DNA from: Eledone cirrhosa
Taxonomy: Eukaryota
DNA: 64,000 nucleotides
NCBI GenBank assembly: GCA_964016885.1
Contig: OZ024740.1
Span: forward strand, 75,888,001-75,952,000
Direction: 5' to 3'
Under the pieces are notes generated by a model, which saw only the letters and a program-made list of their open reading frames with translations, did not search any database and was not told where the DNA came from. The translations under genes and the position numbers were made by a program. Below are positions 33,619 through 47,745 of this stretch, piece by piece (position 1 is the stretch's first letter; each line of letters opens with the position of its first letter).

Positions 33619-34910
33619 GTATTTGATTTATATCACATAATTACCTACTTTGTTACAGCTGTGTTATCACATGTAACTTATATCACAGTTAAACATTCTG
33701 CCAGTCATATCCTGTCACCACATGTATCACAGTTATGTACAAACATTATGTCGCAGTTGTGTCATAGTAAAATATCATGTTACAGTAATGTCATGTCCTG
33801 TCACCAATATCAGTTACATGGGTATAAAAGAAAATTTAAAGGGTTGTTACTGTGAGGTGGAAGAATTGGGTAACCAATAAAGAGCATGATCTGGTAGGTG
33901 GTGACATATTGTGGCAGGAGAAAGGATAGATGGAGAATGGGATGGAACAAAGACCATTGTAGTAGCAATGTAATAGGCAGAATACGGAGAAAGTATGTAT
34001 GTGGACTAGAGGTTGTGTGTGGGTTAGTGAATTTTTGATTACATCAGGTGACTTTGTGAATATTACATAAGTCCGTTGATGAAAAACAGTAAATTTCCTT
34101 GCATATTTTGTTGTCATCTTCCAACTGTCACTTCCATATTATGCCATGTTCTCCAGGAGTATCCCATGCATTGGAATACTGTAGCTACTCTGCCAATTCT
34201 GAAGGGCAAGAATACAAAATAAATTACATATGATTCTACCATTGAATTTTATTTTGAATTAAAACATTAATTGAAAAGGTTTGAAGCAATGAGTTCATTT
34301 GAATATTTGTAAAATTGGAGTATTCTCAGCATGAGGGGTAGCCATAAACCGCTGAATACTATTTAAATTGTAAAAATGTTTTGGGAGAGTTAAGATATAA
34401 CCTCAAATCGAACGGAGAGTGGGAGAGAGAGGGAGAAAGAGAATCTAAAGTATAAGATGGGAAATGAAAAGGTTATATATAGAGAGAAGGGATTATTATC
34501 TTTATGAAATATGAAACAGGTTTCCTCCTTTTAGGGAAAATTAAAGGAATAAACCAATCAGAATAAAACCTCATAATACATTAGTTATAGAAAAATTTGA
34601 ATGGTATATACTCATGTAAAAATCGCTCCTCCATTTGACATCCTCCCCTTCCTAGAGGGGCAGGGGTGGAGTCCTCAAACACTCCCTCCAGCGAGTTATG
34701 TCCGAAGCAACTGTCTCTAACTGATCCGGCTGGATCTTCAAGCATGACCAGCGAAGCCCATGGATGTTATAATGTATTAAATATTTTAAGTTGGGGTTTT
34801 GTAGGTCTAGTAGATAAGTTGCATGCTGATGTTTCATATAGTATTTTCATGTGGAAGGAAGTCAATTGTTCATGAGACTATATGGTAATCAAAGTTATTC
34901 TTTGTTTCAG

Positions 34911-34998
34911 GTTTAGATGCAGAAGTGTATCTAGATGGAAATCTCGAAGAATATTGGAACATCTATTCATTAGACTTTTCTGAAAATTTCCTTGATGA
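34911..34998 (+). CDS. GLB1L2: Beta-galactosidase-like exon 2 of 5
   Basis: TTTCAG|GT...GATGA|GTAAAT; (G)LDAEVYLDGNLEEYWNIYSLDFSENFLD; phases fit both neighbouring exons. Confidence 0.88.
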
Positions 34999-35139
34999 GT
35001 AAATAATTTTCTTTTCTGCTTCTTTTTGTTTTTTTTTCAATTGAGTTGAGAGGGAATTCTCACAAAATAAATTTAATTTCATCAAAAGCTTAACAATATA
35101 TTTTATCCTGCAGATTTATATTGAAAAGTAATCCAACTA

Positions 35140-35505
35140 TGGTTACCGTGCCTTTTTATTTCTGACATAGTGCATGAGCAGAGTATTATTGAGAGAGAGG
35201 AAACCAAACAATGAATTGCTGAGGAATATGGGAATAGAACCAGTGGTGAATGTTGTGAAGAGAAATGAAATGAAAATTGCGTCATGTGTTGAGGAAGAAT
35301 GAAAATGACTGGGTGAAGGAAATGAATGTGGAAGGAAGTAGAAGAAAGTGAAAACCAAGTAAAACATGGCTAAAGATGATGGATGAGGAAATGAAAGTCA
35401 ACAATTTAGTGATGGGAGATGTAGACAATATGGCAAAATGGGAAAGCTTGTCATGGGGATCACAAAACTAACAGTCCCTTCTTTAGCAGGGAAAAATGGC
35501 CTAAT
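35140..35505 (+). mobile_element. Old, decayed RTE-like 3' end
   Basis: RHVLRKNE.DWVK...KPSKTW-like remnants and the tail AGCAGGGAAAAATGGCC. Confidence 0.45.
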
Positions 35506-35690
35506 TATAGTGTATTGTATAGAAGGACTGCATTATCTAATTTACCTTCGTTCTTTTTGAAGATGGCAGGATGTAATTTGAAAGAGTTTCTTTCTATTTA
35601 GTAACCAGCAGATTTTAATTTCCATCATTTGCTCAAAGCTCAATATATTCACAATATTTTATATACACTCAGTTATATATCAGTAGCATC

Positions 35691-35725
<35 letters not shown>

Positions 35726-35873
35726 TGTCGTTTTAATGTCTACTTTCCCATTATCTGCATCTTTTATGGTGAAGCTCACACTATATGATGCAAATGAGTT
35801 TCTCCAATCTAGGTCTCACATGCAAAAATGTATATAAGCTATAGCTTATTCTTATTTCAGTACTGAGTGAATA

Positions 35874-35920
35874 AATGTCACTGATGAAAGACAAAAATCC
35901 AGAAATATATGTCTGGCATT
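35874..35920 (+). ncRNA. Minimal type I hammerhead ribozyme
   Basis: Stem I AATGTCA/TGGCATT (7 bp); CTGATGA; weak stem II; GAAA TATATG TC (GUC cleavage triplet, palindromic loop 3). Confidence 0.65.
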
Positions 35921-36699
35921 CTCATATGGCTACAGAGATAGCTGTGACATGAGCACAGCTGAAAACATTTATAGCGAGATTTCTGTATGTTTATTATACA
36001 CTAGAATTGTTTGCCATGCACTGACGTATATGTGTATATCTGTTTGCGTGTGTGTGTATGTGCATATGCATACATTTATATGTATGAGTATATAAATACA
36101 AACTTGCAAACATAGAAACGCTTACAAAATACACACTCACAGACATACATTCACAAATACACATACATTCACATAAACACACACACATACATTTATAAAA
36201 TTCTTGGAAAATCAACCACAGAAGAAGAAAACAATTTGTTTGTAATATTTCTATATTCTCCACTGACCGTCTGCTATTTTTTACATCAGACGTAAAGAGA
36301 GGAGTAGTATGAGGTAGTCATAACAACAGTGGTAGCAGCACTCTGTTTTTGTTGTAAAGAGAGAGGAGTAGTATGAGGTAGTCAAACTACTCCTCTCTCT
36401 TTACATGTTGTGACAGAATCACAGAAATTTATATATAGATTAAAATATCATATGTGCCTTCATGTACACCTCGTGAGGACCAGAAATGGCATTGCAAAAT
36501 ATGAGGATGTATTGTTATCAGCAACTTAATGTTTTCAGCTTGTCAAGTGGCAGAATAATCACTTTTATGTATTTCCCCACTCACTATCAGTTTATCACAC
36601 CCAGAGAACCAGCCTGGCTGGCTTCACAACCATATGATCTGAGGTTCAATGTTACTGTTTGGTTCCTATGCGTAGATCAAAACTGTGTCAAAGCCTATC

Positions 36700-36749
<50 letters not shown>

Positions 36750-36833
36750 ATATCTATATATCTATCTATCTATATATATATATATATAGTGACGAAACAT
36801 AAGTCAATTGCATGAACTCATAATCCTTTATTT

Positions 36834-36889
36834 ACTGCTATATATATTTCGATGATAGCCATTGAATGGCTATGACCTCATCAGGCAGT
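36834..36889 (-). ncRNA. Minimal type I hammerhead ribozyme
   Basis: Minus strand: ACTGC CTGATGA GGTCATAGCCAT tca ATGGCTATCATC GAAA TATATA TA GCAGT, then AAATAAA. Confidence 0.8.
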
Positions 36890-37214
36890 TAGTCAGTTCT
36901 TAGATATGCCAGCTCTGTGTTTATGGTGTTGATGGTTTTAGAGCCTTGGGACATATGAGCTTGTTAGGGATAATTTAATGTTCTCAGCAAGAATAATCTT
37001 AATTCTCATTGGTCAGTTTGTAGATGCTAGTAGGGTTGGTATTTGACCTCAAAGAGGCAGGTGGTGTTGTAAAGTTCAAACTGTCAGGCAAGATGACAAT
37101 AGTTACATATGACTGATTTTCACAAAAAGTATATATGTATGAGTATATAAATATGAACCGTCTAACCCATGCTAGCGTGGAAGATGGACGTTAAATGATG
37201 ATGATGATATATGG

Positions 37215-38120
37215 GAGCTAAAGGAAAGTGTGTTCAAAATGATAGAGGAGTACCTGCCGTGACTGATGCCAAAAAGAAAGAGGCATAGAAGTAAATGGGA
37301 GAGCAAGGGCCTGCACTATGAGACCCATCAGAGAGATCAGCCATGAATGTTGACAGCAGTATGATAGACAAAGATATGAAGATAGGGAAGGTTTCTGGAC
37401 CATCCAACATAGTTGCCAAGATGCTAAAAGCATCTGGCCTGGTAGATTATGAACTAGTCTGATGCTTAATCAATTCACACAGTGTGGTGTCATACCCAGT
37501 GACTGGTGCAATATCATCATCATCATTTTATGTCCGCTTTTCCCTGCTTGCAAGGGTGGGACCTAATAGTAGCATTGTAAATTACCATACAGGCAAAGGA
37601 GATATACCAAGGAGAGTTAACTATAGTGGTATTAAGTTGATGGACCAGGTTTTGAAAGTTACTGGCAGGGCTATAGCACAACTAATTAGAGACAAATTCA
37701 AGGTAGATGAGATACAGTTTTGTTTTATGCCAGGTAGGGGTACTACTAATGCCCTCATCTTTGTTAAATAATTGCAGATGTACATAGCTAAGAGTAAACC
37801 TCTGTACCAGACATATGTAAATCTGGAGTAGGCCTTTGACAGGTCCTCCACTCTGTAATCTGGTGGTCACAAGGAAAGCTAGGTGTAGATGAAATGACTC
37901 ATGAGGGTCATGCAAACCATGTATGGAGGTGCAATCAATAAGATCAGAGTTTACAATGAATACAGTAATGAATTTGAAGTGCCGGTGGGGATCCACTAGG
38001 GCTCGGTCCTTAATTCACTTCTGTTTATCATTGTTCTTCAGACCATAACAGGAATTTTAAGACCAACACTGTGGGAAATCCTGTATGCTGATGACCTAGT
38101 TCTTATAACTGAATCCATGT
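37215..38120 (+). pseudogene. Decayed RTE RT fragment with a short inserted SINE/LINE tail (37513-37562)
   Basis: GKGD..NYSGIKLMDQVLKV...QFCFMPGRGTT, LYADDLV; several stops. Confidence 0.8.
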
Positions 38121-39055
38121 GCCTTTGACAAGCTTTCTACGGCTGAATGCCCTCCCTATCACCAACCACTGTACAGCGTGTACAGAGTGCATTTATCATG
38201 TAGATCACCAATACTAAATAGGCTGTCATGTCCTTGACATGACTGAAGGGTCCTCCTGACTCTTTGTTTGACAAGCTTTCTACGATTGGATACCCTTCCT
38301 ATCACCAGACACTTTACAGTATGTACTCTGTATGTTTATTGTGTAGATCACCAAACACTAGGGAGGCTGTCATGCCTTGAAATGACTGATGAGTCCTCCT
38401 GACCCTTTCTTTGGATGCCCTTCCTATCACCAACCACTTCATAAGTGATCAGCAGCTAGAAACATGCATGGGGATGTGGCATGGGGTCATGTGCGGTGAG
38501 GGTGTCTAGTGGTGTTGAGAATATCTGTTGTACATATATATATATATTGTATGTATATATGTATATATTCCCATATATATAGGGAACAGCTTTTGTTTCA
38601 GATACGATTTATTAAAGATATGAGTATAATTGTCTTTAAATTTTCTAGCAGATAATTTTCAGTAAACCTCTTAACCATCCAACCATGCTTACATTCCACT
38701 TAGTTTCTATATAATTATCTATCTGTTATTGAAGCTGTTAAGCGTAAATGTGGATGAACCCTACATTAAAAAATGGAGGTATGAAGGGTGGCATCATTTG
38801 CATTGGAGCTTTTGGGTGTGTTTTTTTATGGAAAAATGCATGTGAAAACGATGATGATGATGTGGTACATTAGTGATGGCTGACTGGGCTGTAGCCTTTG
38901 TTCCAAATTAATTTTTTTTTATACAATAAATAAAAACTCATGAATTCTGATGAAAATTTCAGCTCAAGTCTCTATGCAAGCTTAATCTGCCCTTGTTAAA
39001 CTTAAGCATCATCAGTGACATCATAATATCTTAGAAACAATCATTATTATTAGTT

Positions 39056-39252
39056 AGGCGGTGGATTGGCAATATCGGTAGAAGGTCAGATGCCATGCTT
39101 TGCAGCAAAGAGTTACGGCCCTTTATGGTCTGAGTTCAAATCCCGCCAAGGTTAACTTTGCCTTTCATCCTTACAGGGTCGATAAAATAAAGTACCAGTA
39201 ATACACTGGGATAATTGCTAGCCTTGTGCCAAAAGTAGAAACAATTATTATT
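39056..39252 (+). mobile_element. Full-length tRNA-derived SINE with Deu/Nin-like core and (ATT)n tail; an older related copy follows (39258-39480)
   Basis: A-box-like TGGCAATATCGGTAG, B box GAGTTCAAATCC, core GCCTTTCATCCTTACAGGGTCGATAAAATAAAGTACCAG. Further copies at ~40710-40915(-), 44158-44332(-), 48354-48462(-), 49220-49355(-), 49362-49548(-) and 56033-56205(-). Confidence 0.85.
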
Positions 39253-39690
39253 AGTTAGGGAGAGCATGGTGAATTGATAGAAAGTAAATACCACAAAGCA
39301 TTGTGTCCAACATTCTACCATTACTATGTTCTGAGTTCAAATCTTGTGTAGATCAACTTTATTTTTTATTCATCCAGGGTCAATAAAATAAAATACCAGT
39401 TAACTACTGGGGTTAATATAATCAGCTTCCCCCTTCCCCAAATTGCTGGCCCCTACCAATATTATAAAAAATTATTATTAATCAGGCAGGAATAGTAGTA
39501 CCCATGACCCATAATCTTTTCAGAGTAGCCAAGGGTGGTGGAAAGAAGAGCAGAAGTCATTCTTAAATGAGAGACTTGACCCAAAGGCTTACAACAGAAT
39601 GAACTTTGCTTAAGACAGCCAAGAGTCAAGTGGTAATGTTGAATTAAGTGACAGATTAAGTTTACCTCCCAAAAATTCAGAACATAAAGT

Positions 39691-40184
39691 CATCATCATC
39701 ATCATCATCTTCGTTTAACGTCCATATTCCACGCTCGCATGGGTTTGGACGGGAGTTTTCCCACTTGAGGCAAGAGTGGTTGTCTTGCTCGCATAGGACT
39801 GTCTGGCGGGTTTTCTACAGCTGGATGCCCTTCCTAACACCAACCACATTTACAGTGTGGAACTGGGAGGTTTTTATCGTGTTACCTACACGGCCACATT
39901 ACAGCATGGACTGTGTGTTTTTTTGTCGTGACACCTACACGACCTCATTTGTTTCGGGGCTGGATGTTGTGGTACCAACATAACTTTACATTGAAAGGGG
40001 TGGTGTGGATGGGGTGGGGGTAGTGGGACGGGGGTGTATTTTGTTAGAGGTGCCTACTGACTGTAGTAGGTTTCACTTTGCACTTAGGTAAGGCGGGTCT
40101 TCTCTATTACTGTGTAGCGCCAAAGATCTCGGTCCAGTGACATTGTCTTGGAGAGGTGTAAGTGTGTGAGGTCGGAATTTATCA
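39691..40184 (-). mobile_element. RTE family A 3' fragment
   Basis: (CAT)n tail, 3' UTR without the duplication, last ~30 codons. Confidence 0.9.
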
Positions 40185-40991
40185 AGTATTAATATAAATA
40201 CCACAAGGCATCTTATCTGATATTCTAACAATTCCACTAATCCACTTTAGCTGGACTGGTACTTATTAAACATAGCAGTGAGCTGATCATCATCATTGGT
40301 TAATAATATAATTAAAGAATGGCTATTGTTAACCAAGAAATATAAAATAAGATTATATAGTTTTAGAGTTTAAACTTTACTGATAAAAATCAGAACTATC
40401 TGGGTTAATCAACAAAGATAACTCAAAGCTTCTATCCAATTTTATCTCCAATTAAACAACTATGTGTGACTTTTATATACTGTATATACTCATGTATAAA
40501 TTGTACTTTTTTCAATGAAAATATGTGAAAAACCAGCATGACACTAATCTTTTGAACTTGCTAAACCTCAACTCAAAATATATGGTGTGTTGTAAATGTT
40601 GCATGAAAAATGCATGTGTGACTTGTATATGAATAGATATGGTAATTGGAATCTTTGAAGATATTTGCATATGAATTACACTTCATAGTTCTCCATGTTT
40701 TGAAAATATTGATTTCTAATTTAGACACAAGGCCAGTAAAGTTTTGGGGAAGAGCAAAGTTGATTAAATCAACCCCTGTACTTAACTGGTACTTTATTTT
40801 ATCGACCCAGAAGGATGAAAGCCAAATTTGACCTCTTCTGGATTTGAACTAATCAGGTGAAGAGCAAGAACAATGGCATTTTATATGCTGGTTTACCAAT
40901 TCTGCCAATCCACCACATTAGCTGTGTTAAAAATATTGAAAGTAAAGATAGTTTTACATATTTATAGTTAAATTTTTTCTATCTATTCTAG

Positions 40992-41106
40992 AGTGTCAAA
41001 ATCAGACAAGTGGAAAGATGTAATTCCAGATATAAAATCTCCAGCGATGTACAAAATTACCTTCACTCTGTCATCTAATCCAGCTGATACATTTCTTGAT
41101 CTTCAG
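40992..41106 (+). CDS. GLB1L2: Beta-galactosidase-like exon 3 of 5
   Basis: TTCTAG|A...CAG|GTGAGA; (E)VSKSDKWKDVIPDIKSPAMYKITFTLSSNPADTFLDLQ, with the conserved P.DTFLD. Confidence 0.92.
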
Positions 41107-42591
41107 GTGAGAACACACCTATCTTTCTTCAATTTGCTGTTCAATGTCCAGGTATTATTGATCTGTAGAGTTATGTTGAATGGCTGTTGACACATATACG
41201 ATGGATCTGCCTATCCATCACTTATATGATGGATCTGCCTGTTCACTCCACCACCTTCCTTTAACCAAAGCAGTTTACCAGGTCCATCAATCCAGCAAAG
41301 CACATCTCTCACCAACAACATTGACCTACTTTTACAGTTAGTGAGCTGAAAGCCCACCAATTCATTCAGGCTGATCTTCGTCCTGGTTGCAGTCCATACT
41401 ACTTCAGAACAGTGCTAACCAATACCACTTTTGTAACATTCGACACTATTATTATAGTGACATCTACATATCCAGATATGGCTCTCATAGTCCCTTATCA
41501 CAATTTCAAGGTGATTCCCTTCAACATTTCCAGCTTCCTTAGCAGTGGCTTGAGAGCCAGCATGTACAGAAGTGGTGAAAGAAGGCACCTCTGATGGACG
41601 GAATGCATGTTGAAAAGGGGGGGATGTTCTCTTCGATGACTGAGCCAAAGCGTCTGAGCATTGCAGTGATCCATCTCCTGAAATGGGATTGAATCTTGCC
41701 ACCTTGTGGAGTATTATTATTTTCTGCTTCTACTACTGTTGTTGATTCTGTGATTGTGGTTATGGTCTTGACAACAGAGCAGGCCTCCATCAATTGCACT
41801 TATACTTGTGAATAGAAAGCCATCATATGGTTTGAGCTACCACAAGTGTGGCACCTTGGCCTTCTACCCTCCATCATCACATTCAGCTGGGCACTGTTCG
41901 AGAGGTCTATTAGTTCTGGAATCTTTTCCAGGTTTTCAGGTTTTATTTGGATCAAGATTGCCCAGCCCTACTCTAGACCACTCCTGGTTGTGCTTCTTCA
42001 TCTCTAACAATGAATCCCTTTCTCCCAAGAATATGCAAACCACAACCTACCTAATGTTCAACTATTTATTTTCATTTGTGTTGTGCACTTACCTAAGTAT
42101 GTAGGAGTTGGAATATATATCTCACTCCCACAAACGATGGTGGAGTGTTTCTCAGTAAGAAATCTCACCTCAAAACTGGCATATTGCCGAGTGCTAGTGA
42201 CATTTTCATTACCCCAGATTCCTCCCAGACCTGCTCTCAATCGCCAGACAACTGTAAATTATGGTTATCTTGGCTATTTCTTTCAGAAACACTTCTGGAA
42301 TAGTTAAGGGCACCCTTTTATTATCTTTCTTCTTGATTTTTTTTGCTTCACCAAAATTGTGGTGGTGATTTTTGTTGCTGTAAATACTGTCGTTGTTGTT
42401 GTTTTTAGTGTTGAGAGAAGTTGAAGTGTTGTTTTCTGTGCTGTTTTCACTTCTATTGTCTTTGTTTTTGCATTTAACTATTGTGCTGGAAGAACAAGGA
42501 CGCCACTCACATCATAACAAAAAATTTGAAGTGTTATGACTTCATTAGGCTTGCTGTTGCCATTAGAGTTTTTGTTGCATAAATTTTCATT

Positions 42592-43727
42592 TTTTATGCA
42601 CCCAAATGCAAAGTATGGGTGCATAAAAGATGTAGTGGGATCACAGGTAAGCTAACTAAGAACATAGATTTTACATGTGGCCGGTGTTCTGGTGCAATAA
42701 GTAGCAGCAAGTGCCCACAAAATACTAGCTCTTTCAATTGCGCAGAGGGTTCTATAGAAATAGTGGACAGCTTCCGTTACCTGGGCGATAAAATCAGCAG
42801 TGGGGGAGGGTGCTCTGAAAGTACTGTAGCTAGAGTCAGAACTGGTTGGAAAAAGTTCAGAGAGCTTATACCACTATTAGCTGCTAAAGGGTTCTCCCTA
42901 AAAATGAAAGGCAGGTTGTACGATGCCTGCATACGAACAGCAATGTTGCATGGCAGTGAGACCTGGGCATTGTGTGCAGAGGATATACGCAGACTAGAGA
43001 GGAACGAAGCTTGCATGCTCCGCTGGATGTGCAATAGTAATATACGTGAACGGCAAAGCATAAACGAACTAAGGAAAAAATTAGAGATAAGAGGGATCAG
43101 ATGTTGTTTACTCGAGAGAAGGCTACGTTGGTCTGGACACGTGATGCGCATGAAAGTCGATAGCTGTATAACAAAGTGCAGGGCAATAAAGATAGACGGT
43201 AGCCACGGAATAGGCAGACCCAGAAAAACCTGGGACGAGCTGATAAACTCCGACCTCACACACTTACACCTCTCCAAGACAATGTCACTGGACCGAGACC
43301 TTTGGCGGTACTCAGTAACAGAGAAGACCCGCCTTACCTAAATATATAGTAAAACCTACTCCAGCCAGTAGGCATCTCTAGCAAAATACACCCCGTCCCA
43401 CCACCACCACCCCCACCCCATCCACACCACCCCGTTCAATGTAAAGTTATGTTGGTGCCGCGCCATCCAGGCCGAAACAAATGAGATCGTGTAGGTGTCA
43501 CGACAAAAAACACACAGTCCACGCTGTAATGTGGCCGTGTAGGCAACACGGTAAAAACCTCCCAGACCCACACTGTAAATGTGGTTGGTGTTAGGAAGGG
43601 CATCCAACTGTAGAAAACCTGCCAGACAGTCCTATGCGAGCAAGACAATCACTCTTGCCTCAAGTGGGACTACCCCCGTCCAAACCCATGCAAGCGTGGA
43701 ACACGGACGTTAAACGTTGATGATGAT
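42592..43727 (+). mobile_element. RTE family A, 5'-truncated in the PHD region, young
   Basis: ORF 42619-43341 nearly identical to the other copies; 3' UTR and (GAT)n tail. Confidence 0.95.
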
Positions 43728-44334
43728 CTCTGTTGATATATTTTCAAGAATGCTACGCAGCAAGTCAACATTAAGCAGATTTCTTACTCGCCTGAATGCT
43801 GCTTAACTCTCCCTCACTCTCTCTATTTGATATTCATTCACTCCTTTTCCGTTCTCTTTGACTCAATGCATCCTCCACCAAACATTATTGTAGTTTGAAC
43901 AGAATCCATATTTCTTTTTTAAAACAAAATGGGTCAATTATTTGAAGTTATGACATCCCAAAAGGAGTGCCGGTCTTGAACTGAGAACTACATTACTAAG
44001 TTGGGCTGTCTACAATTTTGTCAAGTTTAAAAACTTAAATACTAAAACAGGTGAAACACATCACAAAATTTTCAAAGACTTAAGGTAGCTCCTAAGATTG
44101 TGTCTTTCTCTGTCAGCAGTCAATATAATGATGATGATGATGATGATAATAATAATAATGTTTCTACTTTATTGGCACAAAGCCAGCAATTACCCCAGTG
44201 CATTACTAGTGCTTTATTTTATCAACCCTGTAAGGATGAAAGGCAAAGTTAATCTCGGCGGGAGTTGAACTAAGAACGTAAAGGGCCATAACTCTACGCT
44301 ACAAAGCATGGTGTCTGATGCTCTACCGATACTC

Positions 44335-45892
44335 AGGACAATACAAAGACAGGGACAATGGTAATTTACATGCAATCAAGTAAAAATATCAACAACAGAA
44401 TTCCCCAATAGGTGGGGATACCACCCAGGAGTGACGTTAGGAACCCTACTAATCCCAACCCACTCTCGCCTCCAAGAGCACCTTAGTGCTCCTCTCTTCC
44501 TCCAATTTCCAGCCTACAGGCATATGCTCAGAGTGTCTGTCTTCAGACCTTTCAGTCACATCCCCCACACAACCTCTTTCGCTACAGCTACCAGACAGAG
44601 GAAAACTGCATGCTCTTCCCAATCAAAAGAAGGCGGTGAGGCGATCTTCATATGAACTCGGTCGATAGCCGGATTTGTCCCACATGCGAGAGTAGTTGTT
44701 TGACATAACTTCATAAGTCAGCAATGCATGTGCACTGGACAAGTGCATGCAAAACGATTTTGTCGCTCTGTGCGCACCTCAGACAACTCTATCTGACAGC
44801 ACTACCATACCTATAGAGTTTATCTAACCGGGAGGGCTTCCCAGTAACACTGCCAAATGAGGGATTTCTGGAAATTGACCATAGTCCTCAGCTTGAAAGT
44901 CTTCCAGATAAGACTGGCTAGTTCATTCTCGTCGACGCCTAGAATCTCCTCGAGAGCATCGTCGCATTTGCCCACCACTAATCCTCTGTAGAACTTTAGA
45001 GTGGAAGTTCCACTGACCGCATTGCCCACCTGGTAGAGGGCAGTGAGTGCCTGGCAACATTCCAGATGCCAGGTGCCTAGTATCGATCTCGTCTTGACCC
45101 AAGACTGCAGCTCAGTCAAAGAAAGGTGTTGCAGAAAGACCTGCCTGACAAACTGCGACCACACCTGTTCACCATTTAGGCAGAATATCTGGAGATGTCG
45201 CAGCCTCAGCACATGTTTGCACATCATTAGCCACGGCATACTCAGCCCTCTGCGTAGAGGGTGCTGGCAGCAGATGGACTGCCTCACTAATGGAACCTGT
45301 CCCCTCCACAAGAAGTTGAAGAGGAGCCACTCCAATTCGGTGAGGCGCGAACAGGGACAAGGCGGTAGTGGATGGCAGATGCGATGTATGCCTTCACCAC
45401 CTTCGCCCGACCTTTTAAGGAAAGTTTCCTCTTGGCCCATTTCTGGGTGAGAGTGGCTACCCTGATTGTCACTTCAACCCAATTCTTATTCACCTGGAAG
45501 TATGGTCCGAACCAAACCCCAAGTAACTTTACCGGTCTGTCCACTCAATACCCTACAACGCTGTTTGACGGCATGGACTTGCCTCTCCAGGTGCCGGGCT
45601 GCAAGCCCACCGACTTTTCTGGGTTTAGTTTCAACTTTTCATATTCCTCCAAGAGGGTGCCGACAACCTCAATTTCCGAAGTGTTCGACACCATCACAAT
45701 GATGTTGTCCACGTATGCCGACACAGCCTTTCCGCATCCTGTTTCAAGCGGGCTGCCCTGCAACAGCTCCAGCTTCCTCGATAAAGGCTCGAGAGTCAAT
45801 ATGTACAGAAGGGAGAAGAGAGGCCACCCTTGATGGACCAATCGGGAGATCTGAAATGGTTCCAAAAGGTGGCCATTAACTTTGACCATTTG
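44335..45892 (-). mobile_element. Tx1/L1-clade LINE RT fragment, decayed
   Basis: VKVNGHL..PF..SRLVHQGWPL..LLYILTLEPL, VSAYVDNI, VKLLGVWFG, WAKRKLSLKGRAKVV. Confidence 0.8.
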
Positions 45893-45899
45893 ATCTATT

Positions 45900-47745
45900 T
45901 CCCAATGAGCAGAAAGGATTTAAACGAGGCTTATATGGCTGTAAGGATCAGCATCTGATTAACAAAATGACTCTGAAGATAATCATAATAGACACAAAAA
46001 TCTATCAAATGCTTGGATAGATTACAAAAAAAGCATTTGATAGTTTGCTTGACAGTTGGATGGAAAAGTGTTTAGAGATTTTCAAAATATCTCCCGTTGT
46101 CAAGAGGTTCCTGTCATTCAGTATGAAAGCATGGAAAACCATACTCATTTTGAACAGTGAAAAAAATCACTGGAAGCTGGAGAAGTTGATATTAAATTGT
46201 TGAATTTTTCAAGGTGACCCTTTATCATGGCTTTTATTCTGCATTGTGCTTATACCATTAAGTAAAATGCTCAATGAAACAAAACATGGGTATAAAGTCT
46301 GACAAAAGCCTTAATCATTTGTTCTACATGGATGACCTGAAGCTATTTGCCAAAAAAATGATAAGAGAACTTGATCAATAAGAGACTTATAAATATCTAG
46401 ATGTTTGTGAAGGAGATTGGATCTAGCACTCGACAATGAGGGAAAGGATGAGGAAAGAATGTTACTGCAGAGTAAGAGCTATTCTAAGATTAGAGTTAAA
46501 TGCCAGGAATAGAATTGATGCCATAAACACACTTGCCATACCAGTAGTAACTTACAGTTTCAATGTCAACTGGTCAAGATCTGTAAACTTGATACGAAAA
46601 TTAGAAAATTCTTAACCATGCACAGAATGCATCACCCTAAGGCAGATACAGATAGAATATATCTCCCTAGGAAAAAAAGAGGGCATGGATTGATCCAGTT
46701 AGCTATTTCTTTGAAAACTGCAACAATTGGATTATCTACATATCTAAGGAAATCACATGATTGGATGATCGAACTTGTTTTGAAACATGAAAGCTACAAA
46801 AGATCATACTTCATTACAAAAGATGCATATAGATACAATAATGAACTACAAATTTCAGAAGTTCCCTTTACTGCTGAAATGAAATACACAGAAAAAACCA
46901 AAGCAGGTAAAAGTAACTGCAAAGAAAGAACTATTAAAGAAACTGGCTGAGAAATGGCAAGACATGAGCTAACAATCCTGTTGTTGACAAATCAGTGGTT
47001 GGCATCCTCTGGACTGAAATCGGAGACTGAAAGACTAATTATATCAGCACAAGATCAGTGTCTACCAACAAAAAATTAGCAAGCCAGCATCATAAAAAAC
47101 AACCGGAGACCATTGGTCATATAATTTCAATATGCAGTCCTATAGCTCCAACCAAATACCTAAACAGGCACGACAGAATAGCACAATACATACATTGGAT
47201 AATGTGTAAGCATTTTGACCTGCCCCATCAAAAGAATTGGTAGGAGCCTGTACTTGAAAAAGGTCACATCTCAATTTTGTGGAACTTTAGTGTCTGAACA
47301 GACCGAAAAATAGATGCAAATAGACCTGATATAGTACTGAACGACTTTAAAGATTGGGTAGGTTTGCTGATTGATATGACTGTTCCTATAGACAAGAATG
47401 TATTTGAAAAATTGAGCAAATATAAAGACCTGGAAATTGGAAAAATGTGGAAGTTGAGAGCTAAAATAATACCAGTGGTTGTAGGCACTCGAATGATACC
47501 TAAGAGGTCTAATGATTACTTATCCCAAATCCCAGGAAAGCCATATATAGAAGAAATACAAAAGATAGTACTAATGGGAACTGCCCATATACAATGGAAA
47601 ATTCTGTCAATATAAATATATCACACCTAAAGATACGTGTATGTGTTCTTCTTGAACACAGCGGATCTTGTTGTCTTTTGAGAACATTGGTTGTAAATTG
47701 GTGATAACTCGTATGAACATAAAGGAAGATAAATGAATTGACAAT
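45900..47745 (+). mobile_element. R4/Dong-clade non-LTR element (RT + CCHC + REL endonuclease), decayed; extra REL-end fragments at 47780-48330 and 48480-49205
   Basis: WIDYKKAFDS, FQGDPLS, HLFYMDDLKLFA, HHPKADTDRIYLPRK, ETIGHIISIC...RHD, ANRPDIV, LIDMTVP, KLSKYKDL; flanked by (TAA)n. Confidence 0.85.

Noticed and set aside
36310-36330. TGAGGTAGT, the let-7 5' end
   Set aside because: Only 9 nt match, and it lies outside or in the loop of the hairpin, not in a miRNA-like arm.
38947-38975. CTGATGA hits here, at 3460 and at 50447(-)
   Set aside because: No properly placed GAAA/UH or stem I complement; the 3460 hit is a (GAT)n tail.
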